64,000 nt of DNA from Dehalococcoidia bacterium (GCA_965197585.1 OZ240215.1:1568001-1632000); one strand, 5' to 3'. Counted from the stretch's first letter, positions 18,715 through 29,632 are shown. A program made the numbers and translations. The notes: a model not told the origin generated them from the letters alone.

Positions 18715-20039
18715 CGGGTCTCCTCGAACGCGCCGGACTCGGCAAACTTGGCGAACTCTCCGTCCACCAGGGTCATCAGATGGTCTCTGATGCGGGAGTC
18801 GGCCACTTTCGCTACAATCGATGTCGCAAAACCGTACGTCAATATTCGTTTTGCCTGCCCCGGCCCGATACCTCGGCTGGCCAAATAGAAAATCTGGTCT
18901 GCGTCCAGTTGACCCACCGTGGCGCCATGCGAACACTTCAGGTCGTCGGCGAATATCTCCAGTTGGGGCTTGGTGTCGACCATCGCCTTATCCGAAATCA
19001 ACAGATTGTTATTGGCCTGCTGTGCGTCGACCTGATGAGTCCCGCGCCGCGCTATCACCTTGCCGTTGAACACCCCCCTGGCGCTGCCTGCCAACACCCC
19101 CTTATAGAGTTGCCGGCTTGGAGTAAAGGAACTCCTGTGGTCCACCGACGTATGGTTGTCCACATGACAATTTTCCGAGGCTATGTACAGCCCGTTCATT
19201 TCACACGCCGCCCCCTCTCCATCCAGCCTCACCGACAAATCATTCCTCCCTATCCTGGCCCCTATGTCCAGTGAAAAGGAAGAGAATTCGCTGTTTCTAG
19301 CAAGCGTCGCGTTGGTCGTCCCGACGTGATAGGCCTTAGTCCCCTCTGCCTGCACCTTGAAATAATCTAGTCGAGCCCCGGCCCCTATCACAATTTCTGT
19401 AACGGCATTGGTCAGGTAAACGCCGTCACCGCCGCTGTATTGCTCTACCACCGTGGCCCTGGCGCCCTCCCCCAAGACGATCAAATTGTACGGATTGGCC
19501 ATGCGGGGAGTAGCTCCCGAGTCCGCAGCGAATGACAGCAAAATAGGCGAAGGCGCCGTTGCACTGGCGGGAACGTGTACGAATCCACCGTCCCTCAGGA
19601 ACGCATTGTTAAGTGCGACAAACCCGTTGGGCCGGTCGGCAGACTGCCTATTGAGGTGCGGCTCGATCAGCTCCGGCGAATCGCGCAGCGCCGAGGCCAG
19701 ACCCATCACCCGAATCGAATCCGGCAACCCTTCTCCCGAAGGTGCGCGACCAACGCACAGCCCTCCGTAGAAGCTAAGCCCGGGAAAGTCTGCTACCGGC
19801 GACGAAGCCGCTTCCGCTCCTGTCCTGCCCGCCAGCACAAAGCTCTGCCTGGCTATCGGCGCGACGTTGGTGTATTTCCAGTCCTCGTTCCGCGGAGTGG
19901 GAAACCCCAGCGTCTCGAATTCTCGGAAGGCTTCTCGGCGGAGCGTTCTCAGCCAAGCCGGTGCTAAGCCGTCTTCGTCCGACTGTAGAGCCTTGAACTG
20001 ACCGACATATGAGTGGTCGCTGCTACGGACCTGCACCAA
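18711..20039 (-). CDS. sufD: Fe-S assembly protein SufD
   Basis: EDWKYT, KPQLEIFADDLKCSHGATVG, FYLASRGI. Confidence 0.96.
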   Translation of the reverse strand: MVQVRSSDHSYVGQFKALQSDEDGLAPAWLRTLRREAFREFETLGFPTPRNEDWKYTNVAPIARQSFVLAGRTGAEAASSPVADFPGLSFYGGLCVGRAPSGEGLPDSIRVMGLASALRDSPELIEPHLNRQSADRPNGFVALNNAFLRDGGFVHVPASATAPSPILLSFAADSGATPRMANPYNLIVLGEGARATVVEQYSGGDGVYLTNAVTEIVIGAGARLDYFKVQAEGTKAYHVGTTNATLARNSEFSSFSLDIGARIGRNDLSVRLDGEGAACEMNGLYIASENCHVDNHTSVDHRSSFTPSRQLYKGVLAGSARGVFNGKVIARRGTHQVDAQQANNNLLISDKAMVDTKPQLEIFADDLKCSHGATVGQLDADQIFYLASRGIGPGQAKRILTYGFATSIVAKVADSRIRDHLMTLVDGEFAKFAESGAFEETR

Positions 20040-20074
20040 TGTAGGTTTCTCCCTGGGGATTGGGTGGGAACCCG

Positions 20075-20830
20075 TTAAGCCGTAGTTGCTTGTTCACGCA
20101 CCCAGTCGTAGCCGTGCTCCTCCAGATGAAGGGCCAAACTCCCGTCGCCCGACTCTACAATGCGTCCGTCCATCAGCACGTGAACGTAGTCCGGGTCAAC
20201 GTAATCTAGCATCCTCTGATAGTGGGTAATGAGAAGTATGGCCTTGGAAGGGCTCCTCAGATGGTTGATTCCCTCGGCTACGATTCTCAGGGCGTCGATG
20301 TCCAGGCCGGAGTCCGTCTCATCGAGCACCGCCAGATCGGGCTCGAGAACGGCCATCTGGAGAATTTCATTCCTCTTCTTTTCACCGCCGGAAAAGCCGT
20401 CGTTCAAAGGTCGCGACAGATATGCTGGGTCCATCTCGACCACCTTCAGCTTGTCCTGAAGGAATCGGTAGAACTCGACGGCGTCCATCTCCGGCAGGCC
20501 CCTGTACTGCTGCAGTGAGTTGTACGCAGTCTTCAAAAACTCCTGGTTGGATACTCCCGGAATCTCATAAGGGTATTGGAAAGCCATGAATACGCCTTCC
20601 CGGGCCCGGTCTTCCGGTGGCACGTCCAGCAGTGACTTGCCTTTGTAAAGAATCTCACCCTTGGTGCAGGTGTACGAATGGTGCCCGGCTAATACACGAG
20701 CCAATGTGCTCTTACCGGAGCCGTTCGGCCCCATGATGGCATGAAGTTCTCCGGCCTTGACCGTGAGGTTTATGCCCTTGAGGATGGGTACGTCCCCGAC
20801 TCCCGCGTGAAGGTCTCTGATCTCGAGCAA
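20075..20830 (-). CDS. sufC: Fe-S assembly ATPase SufC
   Basis: GPNGSGKST, GFSGGEKKRNEILQ, LDETDSGLDIDAL. Confidence 0.97.
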   Translation of the reverse strand: MLEIRDLHAGVGDVPILKGINLTVKAGELHAIMGPNGSGKSTLARVLAGHHSYTCTKGEILYKGKSLLDVPPEDRAREGVFMAFQYPYEIPGVSNQEFLKTAYNSLQQYRGLPEMDAVEFYRFLQDKLKVVEMDPAYLSRPLNDGFSGGEKKRNEILQMAVLEPDLAVLDETDSGLDIDALRIVAEGINHLRSPSKAILLITHYQRMLDYVDPDYVHVLMDGRIVESGDGSLALHLEEHGYDWVREQATTA

Positions 20831-20847
20831 GTCGGTTCTGCCTCCGC

Positions 20848-22284
20848 CTACCCCGTCGACCCTTCGAGACTCACCCCGAGAAGCCGGCTCGCCTCCACCG
20901 CAAACTCAAAAGGTAGCTTCTTCACCACGTCCCGGCAGAACCCGCTCACTATCAGCCCTACGGCATTCTCCAGCGAGATGCCCCTCTGCTGGCAGTAAAA
21001 CAGCTGCTCCTCGTTTATCTTGGAGGTGGTTGCCTCGTGCTCCATGTTGGAGGAGCTGTTTTTCACTTCTACGTATGGGAAGGTGTGGGCCCCGCACTGG
21101 TCCCCGATAAGCAGGGAGTCGCACTGGGTGTAGTTTTTGGAACCACCCGCCCTTGGCCCGATTCTCACCAGGCCCCGATACGTGTTGTTCCCGTGTCCCG
21201 CCGATATGGCCTTGGACACGATTGTGCTCTTCGTGTCCCGGCCCAGGTGAATCATCTTTGTGCCCGTGTCCGCCTGCTGGTAGTTGTTGGTCAGCGCTAT
21301 CGAGTAGAATTCACCAACCGACCGGTCTCCCTGCAAAATAACACCCGGGTACTTCCAGGTAATCGCCGACCCCGTCTCAACCTGCGTCCACGATATCCGG
21401 GAGTCGTCTCCGGCGCACTTGCCCCGCTTCGTGACGAAATTATAGATGCCGCCCTTGCCATTCTTGTCACCGGGGTACCAGTTCTGTACGGTCGCGTACT
21501 TGATCTCGGCGTTCCCGAGAGCCACCAACTCGACCACTGCGGCGTGGAGCTGGTTCTCATCCCGCATCGGCGCCGTGCAGCCTTCCAGGTAGCTCACGTA
21601 GCTGTCCTCGTCGGCAACGATCAACGTCCGTTCAAACTGCCCCGTGTCCCGAGCGTTGATCCTGAAATATGTGGAAAGCTCGACAGGACACCTGACTCCC
21701 TTCGGGATGTAGCAGAATGACCCATCGCTGAAAACTGCCGAGTTAAGCGTCGCGAAGAAGTTGTCGGTATAAGGCACCACCGACCCCAGATACTTCTTGA
21801 TCAGATCCGGGTATTTGTGTACTGCCTCAGAGAAGGAGCAGAAAATGATCCCCATCTTGGCCAGCCGCTCTTGGTGAGTCGTGGCCACCGACACGCTGTC
21901 GAACACCGCGTCCACCGCGACTCCGGCCAGCCACTTCTGCTCATCCAGGGAAATGCCCAGCTTTTCGTAGGTCTCCAGAAGCTCGGGGTCCACCTCGTCA
22001 AGGCTATCGGGAGCCTTCTTGGGTGCGGCGAAGTAGACGATCTCTTGATAGTCGATTGGCGGATAGGTGACATTCTGCCAGGAGGGCTCCTTCATCGTGA
22101 GCCAATGGCGGTAGGCTCGCAGCCGCCACTCCAGCATGAAGTCGGGCTCGCCCTTTTTCGCCGAGATCCACCGGACTACGTCTTCACTAAGGCCGGGCGC
22201 CAACCTATCCTGTTCAATATCAGTGACGAAACCGTACTTATATTCTTGGTCGGCTATTGCCTGTATAGTGGCCTTGCTTGCCAT
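20848..22284 (-). CDS. sufB: Fe-S assembly protein SufB
   Basis: [44 protein letters not shown]. Confidence 0.98.
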   Translation of the reverse strand: MASKATIQAIADQEYKYGFVTDIEQDRLAPGLSEDVVRWISAKKGEPDFMLEWRLRAYRHWLTMKEPSWQNVTYPPIDYQEIVYFAAPKKAPDSLDEVDPELLETYEKLGISLDEQKWLAGVAVDAVFDSVSVATTHQERLAKMGIIFCSFSEAVHKYPDLIKKYLGSVVPYTDNFFATLNSAVFSDGSFCYIPKGVRCPVELSTYFRINARDTGQFERTLIVADEDSYVSYLEGCTAPMRDENQLHAAVVELVALGNAEIKYATVQNWYPGDKNGKGGIYNFVTKRGKCAGDDSRISWTQVETGSAITWKYPGVILQGDRSVGEFYSIALTNNYQQADTGTKMIHLGRDTKSTIVSKAISAGHGNNTYRGLVRIGPRAGGSKNYTQCDSLLIGDQCGAHTFPYVEVKNSSSNMEHEATTSKINEEQLFYCQQRGISLENAVGLIVSGFCRDVVKKLPFEFAVEASRLLGVSLEGSTG

Positions 22285-22337
22285 CCGTATTGTCCGTCTC
22301 GATTTAGTATTTGGGTATGCGAAGCTGGTCTATTACA

Positions 22338-22432
22338 TCAAAAACCGGGGCCTGCCGGTAAAGCGGGGGCCCCGGTGAGCCACCGAGTTGAATGTCTAGG
22401 GGAATTATAATCTGTTTTGTTATAAAAATCCA
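22338..22432 (-). promoter_or_regulatory. suf promoter/leader with TTATAA-N9-TTATAA operator and terminator-like hairpin
   Basis: Minus-strand TATAAT at 22404-22409; palindromic half-sites 22405-22425; ACCGGGGCC...GGCCCCGGT followed by TTTT at 22340-22376. Confidence 0.5.
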
Positions 22433-22872
22433 TTGAACCCCTTCCTCCCCGAGGGGAGCGTGTCCGCCTAAGGCAGATCATTCCACCCGCCCAGAGCCGG
22501 TCAAAGATGCTGAAAGTGGAACATCCGCCGGTCTGAAAGTCCGCCCTAGGCGGAAAAGATGCACCTTTGGCGTGAGCCAAGGCGTGAATCCATCTCCAGT
22601 GGCAGGGCCGCTCACCCTGAGCGCCGTCGAAGGGTCGAGCGGGGGGGAGGCCCCGCACTGCCAACCCGTCGCACCCGCCCAACACCCCCCTCCCCCCTTG
22701 GCAACGATATATCAGCCGTGTTGTTCTGCAACACGGCTGATATATCAATAAAACAGGGTGGGTGGGCGGGTACCAATTAAACGGGGTGTCCGGGAGGCGT
22801 CCTACCCCCTCTCCCTCCGATGGGAGAGGGTTGGGGTGAGGGTGACCTTTCCCCAAAAGTGACACGAACCCC

Positions 22873-22902
22873 TTGACCTAATCAAAACACATGTACTATA
22901 TT
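22873..22902 (+). promoter_or_regulatory. sigma70 promoter with LexA-type operator (element copy 2)
   Basis: TTGACC-18 bp-TATATT; AAAC-ACAT-GTAC at 22885-22896. Confidence 0.7.
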
Positions 22903-22961
22903 CGCCCCCAGGCTCCGACCTTGTACGTCGGCCCTAATAAGGAAAGGACTAAAGGAGTCCC

Positions 22962-23711
22962 ATGAGTCGCACCAGCCTAATCAGGCCCCGTCGTAACCGA
23001 GCGGTATGGAACCGCCCGGCGCCCGACACGCGCCTCCTCCCGAGTCCCTCTTTCAACACCGTGTCCCTCGGATTCCCTCTACCAAGCGATGGAAGGTCCT
23101 TCGACTGTCGGCGGCATTCTCCCTCTAAGGGCCTTTGCCGATATATCGCCCCCTCATCCGGGCGTTTGCTCCTCGCCGACTTTACCCTCGCCGAGGATAT
23201 ATCCGCGTCTTTTGACGCGTTTGCCAGGGCCTTAGTGCCCTTATCCGGCTCCACCACCCGCTGTAACTGGAGATTCTCCTTCGGTCCACCGCGGCATCGA
23301 GTCGTTATGCCGTCCCACGCAGCGGTCGAGCGCTGCCGCCGGACGGATAATCCCCACCCAGAGACGCCCTCGACTTCGGTATGTCTCCTCCGACATGCGT
23401 GGGGATATCGCAGGACAGCCGTCGACGCCACCAGCGTCGGCGCAGGTGTCGTCGTCTTCCTGCTTACCAGTCCCGGACCTTCCATCGCCTCCCCTTCCCT
23501 TGCCCCATTCCCAGGCTCCGCTAGAAATCTCGGACTTGCCCACTCACCTATCTCCGCCCTCCCGGCCACTCAGCGGAAATCCAGGTGGGGAGGCCCCTAC
23601 CCCCATCACCCACGAAAGAAACCCGCCTATCTGCTCACATCCCCCACTCTCCCAACCGAGCAGCCAAAGAAAACGTCCCTTTTCCAAAACAATCAAAATT
23701 CGTGCCTCTAA
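22962..23711 (+). pseudogene. Degenerate ORF of dispersed element copy 2
   Basis: MSRTSLIRPRRNRAVWNRPAPDTRLLP homologous to the 9788 ORF; LLRHAWGYRRTAVDATSVGAGVVVFL terminase-like relic. Confidence 0.45.
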
Positions 23712-23759
23712 CCGAAATTCAATCAAAACCCCCCCATCAGAACAACCCCCACAAAAGGA

Positions 23760-23860
23760 GACTGCCTGCTAGCCGATACCTCCTACTCAGCCCCCACAAC
23801 TAAATATCGCACCTTCCGGGGCCTGGCATCTGGCCCTCACTGAACGGGTCAAAGGGACAG
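23760..23860 (-). ncRNA. Possible degenerate SRP (4.5S)-like RNA
   Basis: Minus strand GCCAGGCCCC-GGAA-GGTGC resembles SRP helix 8; flanking TTCAG/CTGAG can pair; the conserved AGCAGC/AGCAAC side is altered. Confidence 0.25.
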
Positions 23861-23976
23861 CGGAATAGCGAGAAGACACCCTTTACCCCCATCAACCTTC
23901 CCCTCCCGGTTGACGCCCACGCACCCGCTTATTACAGTTGTCCCCCGAGACGATAACCCCGAAGGGAGCACCCGAC

Positions 23977-25374
23977 GTGACCGCCAAACAACCCACCCGA
24001 ATAGAAAAAGACTCCATGGGCCCAATGGAGGTCCCCGCCGACGCCTATTACGGCGCTTCCACAATGCGGGCCGTCCTCAACTTCCCCATCAGTGACCTGA
24101 GATTTCCCCGCTCCTTCATCCGAGCCCTTGGCCTGATCAAGCTCGCCGCCTCGGAAGTCAACTCCAGCCTGCGTTTACTGGAACCCGACAAGAAGGACGC
24201 CATCGTCCAGGCTGCCCAGGAGGTCGTCGACGGCAAACTTGATGCCCATTTCGTCCTCGATGTCTTCCAGACCGGCTCCGGCACCTCAACCAATATGAAC
24301 GCCAACGAGGTCATCGCCAACCGCGCCTCCGAGATCATGGGCGGCGACATCGGCTCCCGTATCGTCCATCCCAACGACCACGTAAACAAGGGCCAGTCCT
24401 CTAACGACGTTATCCCCACTACAATGCACCTCGCAGCCCTTACCGAAATCGAGACCAATCTCATCCCCGCCCTACGGCGCACCCATGCGGCGCTCGAATC
24501 CAAGTCCCGAGACTTCTGGGACATCATCAAGACCGGCCGCACCCACCTCCAGGACGCGACACCCGTGCGACTCGGGCAGGAGTTTCTTGGTTACGCAGGC
24601 CAGATCAAGCTCGGCATCCGACGCCTCTCCCACGCCCGGGAAGAGCTTTCACAGGTCGCCCTCGGCGGCACCGCCGTCGGCACGGGCGTCAACACCCACC
24701 CCGAGTTCGCCGCCCGAGTCACCGCCCGCGTCTCCGAGCTCGGCGGCGTGGAAATTCGAGAAACCGAGAACCACTTCCAGGCCCAAAACACCCTCGACGC
24801 CGTCGTCGAGTCCAGCGCCGTCCTCCGAACCATCGCCATCAGCCTCACCAAGATAGCCAACGACATCCGGTGGATGGGCTCAGGCCCCAGGGCCGGCATC
24901 GGCGAGCTAGCCCTCCCCGAGGTCCAGCCCGGAAGCTCTATCATGCCCGGTAAGGTAAATCCAGTCATTCCCGAATCCGTCATCCAGGTCTGCGCCCAAG
25001 TCAAGGGCAACGACACCGCCATCGCCGCCGCCGCCCAGGACAGCTATTTCGAGATCAACTTGATGATGCCCGTGGCCGCCTACAACCTCCTACAGTCCAT
25101 TTCCATACTCTCCGCCGCCGCCGACAACTTCACCAGCCAGTGCATACAGGGCCTTCAGGCCACCGACCAGGGCCCCAAAACCGTGGAGCGAGGCCTTATG
25201 ATCGGCACTTCCCTCGCCCCCGTCATCGGCTACGACCTTGCAGCCCAAATCGCCAAAGAAGCCTCAAAAAGTAACCGCACCATCCGTGAGGTAGCCCGAG
25301 AACTCACCGATCTCTCCGAAGAAGACCTCTCCCGCATCCTCGACCCCAAAACCATGGTAGAACCCCGCGCCTAA
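23977..25374 (+). CDS. fumC: Fumarate hydratase class II
   Basis: RIEKDSMG, QTGSGTSTNMNANEV, GRTHLQDATP, GSSIMPGKVNP. Confidence 0.93.
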   Translation: MTAKQPTRIEKDSMGPMEVPADAYYGASTMRAVLNFPISDLRFPRSFIRALGLIKLAASEVNSSLRLLEPDKKDAIVQAAQEVVDGKLDAHFVLDVFQTGSGTSTNMNANEVIANRASEIMGGDIGSRIVHPNDHVNKGQSSNDVIPTTMHLAALTEIETNLIPALRRTHAALESKSRDFWDIIKTGRTHLQDATPVRLGQEFLGYAGQIKLGIRRLSHAREELSQVALGGTAVGTGVNTHPEFAARVTARVSELGGVEIRETENHFQAQNTLDAVVESSAVLRTIAISLTKIANDIRWMGSGPRAGIGELALPEVQPGSSIMPGKVNPVIPESVIQVCAQVKGNDTAIAAAAQDSYFEINLMMPVAAYNLLQSISILSAAADNFTSQCIQGLQATDQGPKTVERGLMIGTSLAPVIGYDLAAQIAKEASKSNRTIREVARELTDLSEEDLSRILDPKTMVEPRA

Positions 25375-25556
25375 GTGTTAATTCACAGAACGAGGGGTTG
25401 TCACCTCTCTCATAAAGAACTGCCACCAACTGCGATGCACTTGGTGGCAGTCCGAATGAACTTTTTGGGGTGGCACTCCGTCCCTTTCCGTTCGCCCTGA
25501 GCAGAGTCGAAGGGTCTCAAGAACGGAAAGGGACGGAGTGGGGGCGGAGTCCCCTC

Positions 25557-26651
25557 CTAACTCGGAAACTGGATCACAGACCTCAACACCTCACCCCTCT
25601 CCATCTCCTCGAACGCCTCCTCCACGTCCTCCAGCTTGATCAGCTTCGTCACCGCCCTGTCCAGGTCCAGCTTGCCCTGCAGATACCAGTTGGCCAGCAT
25701 CGGGAAGTCCCGAGACGGTAGATTGTCCCCGTACCAGCTAACCCTCAGCGATCCTCCTAGCCCGAAGAACTGAAGCATCGGCAGCTCCATCACCATAGTC
25801 GGGTCCGGCACCCCGATAAGCGTGCACGTCCCCGCCAGGTCCCGAGACCACAGCGCCTGCAGCAACGTCGCCGGTGTCCCGACCGCTTCGAAGGCGTGGT
25901 CAACGCCGTGGCCACCCGTGATCTCCTTGATCGCTTCAACCGGGTCGCCCTTGGTCGCGTCGACTACGTGAGTTGCCCCGAAATCCTTGGCCCATGCCAG
26001 CTTGTTGTCGGCAATGTCCACCCCGATTATCGTCTTTGCATTGGCCAACTTGGCGCCCATGATCACACTGCAACCCACCCCGCCGCACCCATACACCGCC
26101 ACCGTGCTCCCCCGACGCACGCCTCCCGTATAAAGCGCCGCCCCGACACCCGTCGTCACTCCGCAGCCGAGCAGACATGCCTGTTCCGGCGGGCATTCCC
26201 GAGGCACAGGCACGGCCTGCTTTGCCGACACAACGGTATGAGTGCAAAACCCCCCTATACCCAGCGCGGGCGAAAGCAGCTTACCGTCGCTTTTGGCAGT
26301 CATCCTGGGTTTCGCATTCAGGCTCGCCGAGCACAAATGCGGCTGCCCGATAGCGCAAAACCGGCAGTTGCCGCACGGCGCCCGCCAGGCGATCACCACA
26401 TATTCACCCACGCCCGGCGACTCCACCCCCTCCCCCACCGCCTCAACGATACCCGCAACCTCGTGCCCTAGCAGGAACGGAAACTCGTCCGTAATCTTCC
26501 CAAGCTTGTAATGGAGGTCCGTATGGCACACCCCGCTGGCCTGTATCCTTACCAGCGCCTCCCCCGGCCCCGGGTCCTCCACCACCATCTCCTCCACCCG
26601 TGTAGGCGCACCCGCCTCCCTCGAAATCACCGCCTGCGCTATCGTAGACAT
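25557..26651 (-). CDS. S-(hydroxymethyl)mycothiol dehydrogenase-like Zn-dependent dehydrogenase
   Basis: GVCHTDLHY, FPFLLGHE, WRAPCGNCRFC, SWYGDNLPSRDFP. Confidence 0.85.
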   Translation of the reverse strand: MSTIAQAVISREAGAPTRVEEMVVEDPGPGEALVRIQASGVCHTDLHYKLGKITDEFPFLLGHEVAGIVEAVGEGVESPGVGEYVVIAWRAPCGNCRFCAIGQPHLCSASLNAKPRMTAKSDGKLLSPALGIGGFCTHTVVSAKQAVPVPRECPPEQACLLGCGVTTGVGAALYTGGVRRGSTVAVYGCGGVGCSVIMGAKLANAKTIIGVDIADNKLAWAKDFGATHVVDATKGDPVEAIKEITGGHGVDHAFEAVGTPATLLQALWSRDLAGTCTLIGVPDPTMVMELPMLQFFGLGGSLRVSWYGDNLPSRDFPMLANWYLQGKLDLDRAVTKLIKLEDVEEAFEEMERGEVLRSVIQFPS

Positions 26652-26706
26652 GTACAACCTCCGCGAAAGCTGAAATGTCCGCGTATCCTAACACACGCGG
26701 TGTGGA

Positions 26707-27063
26707 ATGAACCCTCATATGCCGACTCGAAAGAAAAACACCGAGTCCGTTCGAGAGGAAGCCGTCAATACGCTTACCGCCCACACCCTCCACCCTGTCC
26801 CCGACTCCCTGTCCCCGCTTCTTGCCTCTATGGTCGAACCTATGGCTTGCTCCTACCGGGGCATTGCGCTGGGTCGGCTGAGGATCGAAAGTCGGGTGCT
26901 TGTGCTGGGCGCCGGGACCGTCGGCCTCTTTGCAGGCCTCCTGGCCCGGGACCGCACCGCCGAGGTCGCCATCACCACCCGATACCCCCAGCAAATCAAA
27001 GCCGCCCGAAGGCTGGGGCTCACTCCCCTAGGCGAGAGCGAATGGGAGGATTGGGCCCGTGAC
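26707..27063 (+). pseudogene. Internal fragment of a Zn-dependent (sorbitol/threonine-type) dehydrogenase
   Basis: LHPVPDSLS..ASMVEPMACS..VLVLGAGTVGL; lacks the N-terminal GHE region and homology stops at ~27063. Confidence 0.7.
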
Positions 27064-28210
27064 CGCTATGCCAGCCAGAGCCGAACGTCATCCCGTCGTA
27101 GCCGACCACCCAAACGCGCACGTCCTCCGTGGTCACCCAGTGGCCCTCTGCGGGAACATCAGATATATCAGTGCCGAGCAGGTCCTTGAGGGCCGTTCCC
27201 ACCAGTGCTTTGTCGTAGTGGTCTACGATTGTGCCACTACTGTCGGCAATGAACGCGAACCATTCCCCTTCGACGGTCTGGGCGCTGTTGTAGTAGTCGA
27301 TAGTCGCTGCCAGTCCTGAATAAACGCTCTCGGGGCCGGTGAAGTATGCGATGGTCGCTTCCAGTCCTGCCGAACGGAACTTGTTGACGGCGGCGAACAC
27401 CAGGGACATGGTGAATTCATCGGCGTTGACATACCAGCCGGAGGCGAACAGCAGCCCGTCGTGCCTCACAACCCAGGCGTTCTTGAGTTGCAGCGTGCCG
27501 GAGTGGTCGGAACCGAGACTGCCACTCTCCGGATTTCTGAACACGTAGGACACCCACTTGCCCTCCCCGGTGGCAGACAGCATGTCCGGCCCGAAGTTGT
27601 AGCCGTTGGCGTCGGTGCCCACCCAGCCCTTCAGGTCCAGCCCAAGGCGGTGAGCATCGGGATGTCCGATGACCAGATCGTTCTCGTCTATGATGAACAC
27701 GTACCACTGGCCGTCGATGCTCTCTGGGCGGTTGTAGTAGGCGAGGGTGGCGTCCAGTCCCTGGCTCTCGTACCTGCTGATGGCCTTCTCTACGAAGAAC
27801 TTGGTGTACTCGACGGGGGCTGACGTGGGTGGGATAGAGGCGACGACGCTGCGGGCGATGCGCTCGGCTTCAGCGGCCGTGAGTCCGGGTTCCGGACGGG
27901 GCATGTCTGCTATCGCCGCCCGGATGGCGGCTTCGATTATCTGCTCGACATCCTCTTGGGACAGTCCCGATTCAGGCTGGGGCATGTCCGCCATCGCCGC
28001 ACGGATAGCATCCTCTACATCTGCGGAAGTGAGTCCCGGCTCCGGTTGGGGCGGGGCTGGCGCGTCGGCTAACTCCTCACGCACGATCTCCTCAACCTCG
28101 GCGCGGGACAATCCTGCGTCTCCGTCTCCGCAGGCGACAAGGAGAACCAGAAGCATCACGGCTAGCGCTGGTGCGACCTTATTCATCTTCAGCCTAGTTG
28201 ACAACTTCAT
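27020..28210 (-). CDS. Lipoprotein with Pro-containing helical repeats and Cache-like domains
   Basis: Lipobox LVAC; PEPGLT repeats; DGQWYVFIID, GTDANGYNFG, GKWVSY, DGLLFASGWY. Confidence 0.8.
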   Translation of the reverse strand: MKLSTRLKMNKVAPALAVMLLVLLVACGDGDAGLSRAEVEEIVREELADAPAPPQPEPGLTSADVEDAIRAAMADMPQPESGLSQEDVEQIIEAAIRAAIADMPRPEPGLTAAEAERIARSVVASIPPTSAPVEYTKFFVEKAISRYESQGLDATLAYYNRPESIDGQWYVFIIDENDLVIGHPDAHRLGLDLKGWVGTDANGYNFGPDMLSATGEGKWVSYVFRNPESGSLGSDHSGTLQLKNAWVVRHDGLLFASGWYVNADEFTMSLVFAAVNKFRSAGLEATIAYFTGPESVYSGLAATIDYYNSAQTVEGEWFAFIADSSGTIVDHYDKALVGTALKDLLGTDISDVPAEGHWVTTEDVRVWVVGYDGMTFGSGWHSGHGPNPPIRSRLGE

Positions 28211-28255
28211 AGGCTATCCAATAGAGCCAAGCATTGCGGGGCAATCCTAATCTCA

Positions 28256-29632
28256 TCAGAGTCCCCCGATGTCCGCCGCTACCTTGTGGCCTGAGTCGTC
28301 GGCAACGGCGTCGTGGCTCAAATCAGCGTCGTTTATTCCGTATCCGAACTTCCCTGTGGCATCCTTGATCTGTTGACCTGTCAGCTTATTGGCGCCGATG
28401 GAGATGCCGTTGTCGTCAGTGTCCCCAGCCTGCACGGTGTAGGCATAGACCACCTCCGTGCCATCGTGGCTCTCGTAGGCGGCGGTTCTGGCTGTGCCTC
28501 CTATGTCAAGCGCAAGCTCGGCTTTGCAATGAACAACTTCGCTGCTACAACTGATGCTTGTGGGAATGCTCATATTCTCGCTGAAGGTCACGGTGACTTC
28601 GATCTTGTCCCCGGTCCCATAGGTGTCGTCATCCCCCGGGTCGGAGGTAAAGGCGATAGACGAAACGGTTGGGGCAACCGCATCCACTATGAAGGATGAG
28701 TCGGCAGCTACGGCCGAGTGGGTCAGAATGGCATCGTTGCCCGCTGCGTCTCTAATGAATCCTCCATTGAGGTCTACCGAGTTGGCGCTAATGGTCGGCC
28801 CGTCACTGTCCAAATCTCCTTCCTGTACCACGTATCCGAAATAGCCCCGATCCCGATACCGGTCAGTGTGGAGGGAGGGGTCCCATTTGGCCACCCTCGC
28901 TTCGCCATCGAAGTTCAAAGTAACTCGCGGTGGACCGGTGACGCTGCCCCGGACTCCATCTTCGCTGAACTCTACTTTGACGAGCAGCTCTTCGCCTGTG
29001 GTGTATGCCCCGTCACTTCCGCCCGAGCTTGCCAGAAAGTCGAGGCTGTCGAGTCTCTTTAGCCGCGGTCGAACGCCGTCAACCTTGTGTCCATCCTGAG
29101 CAGCCAGGGCGTTGTGGGACAGGTCGGCGTCATTGTTCGCCGCATCCTTGATGCTGCCGCCATTGAGCGTTAGCTTATTGGCGTTTATAGCGATTCCGTC
29201 CCTGTCCCAGTGGCCCTCTGCCACCGTGTAGCTGAAAACCACTGCGCTGCCCTCGGCACTCTCGTAGGCAGCGGTCCTATTGCTGGAGTCGAGAGCCAGT
29301 TCCAGTTGTGGTGAGCCAGTGACAGTTACGTTCTCGCTGAACGTCACCGTCACCTGAACATCGTCGCCGATGCGGTAGACGCCCGAAGCCCAGCTGGTCG
29401 ATTGCACAATGCTGCCGCCAGACCGGCCGACAATGTAAGCACCCAGATCGGCGTCGTTTTCATCGGGGTCGCTGGTGATGGCGACGGACGAGATGGTCGG
29501 GGCCGTAGTATCCGCTTGGGCCGAAACTGAGGGCAGGCCGTCGAATGCGAACAGTCCGATGATTCCCACGAGCACTCCAACCACAAGCGCCCACGCCAGT
29601 GTCCATCTAAGGGTTCCTATTCTTATGGTCAT
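28256..29632 (-). CDS. Secreted/surface protein with three Ig-like repeats
   Basis: Signal/TM segment; repeated APTISSVAITSDP..VTVTFSE..YTV.EGD.D.DGI.I.ANKL..IKDAA.NDADLSH. Confidence 0.8.
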   Translation of the reverse strand: MTIRIGTLRWTLAWALVVGVLVGIIGLFAFDGLPSVSAQADTTAPTISSVAITSDPDENDADLGAYIVGRSGGSIVQSTSWASGVYRIGDDVQVTVTFSENVTVTGSPQLELALDSSNRTAAYESAEGSAVVFSYTVAEGHWDRDGIAINANKLTLNGGSIKDAANNDADLSHNALAAQDGHKVDGVRPRLKRLDSLDFLASSGGSDGAYTTGEELLVKVEFSEDGVRGSVTGPPRVTLNFDGEARVAKWDPSLHTDRYRDRGYFGYVVQEGDLDSDGPTISANSVDLNGGFIRDAAGNDAILTHSAVAADSSFIVDAVAPTVSSIAFTSDPGDDDTYGTGDKIEVTVTFSENMSIPTSISCSSEVVHCKAELALDIGGTARTAAYESHDGTEVVYAYTVQAGDTDDNGISIGANKLTGQQIKDATGKFGYGINDADLSHDAVADDSGHKVAADIGGL

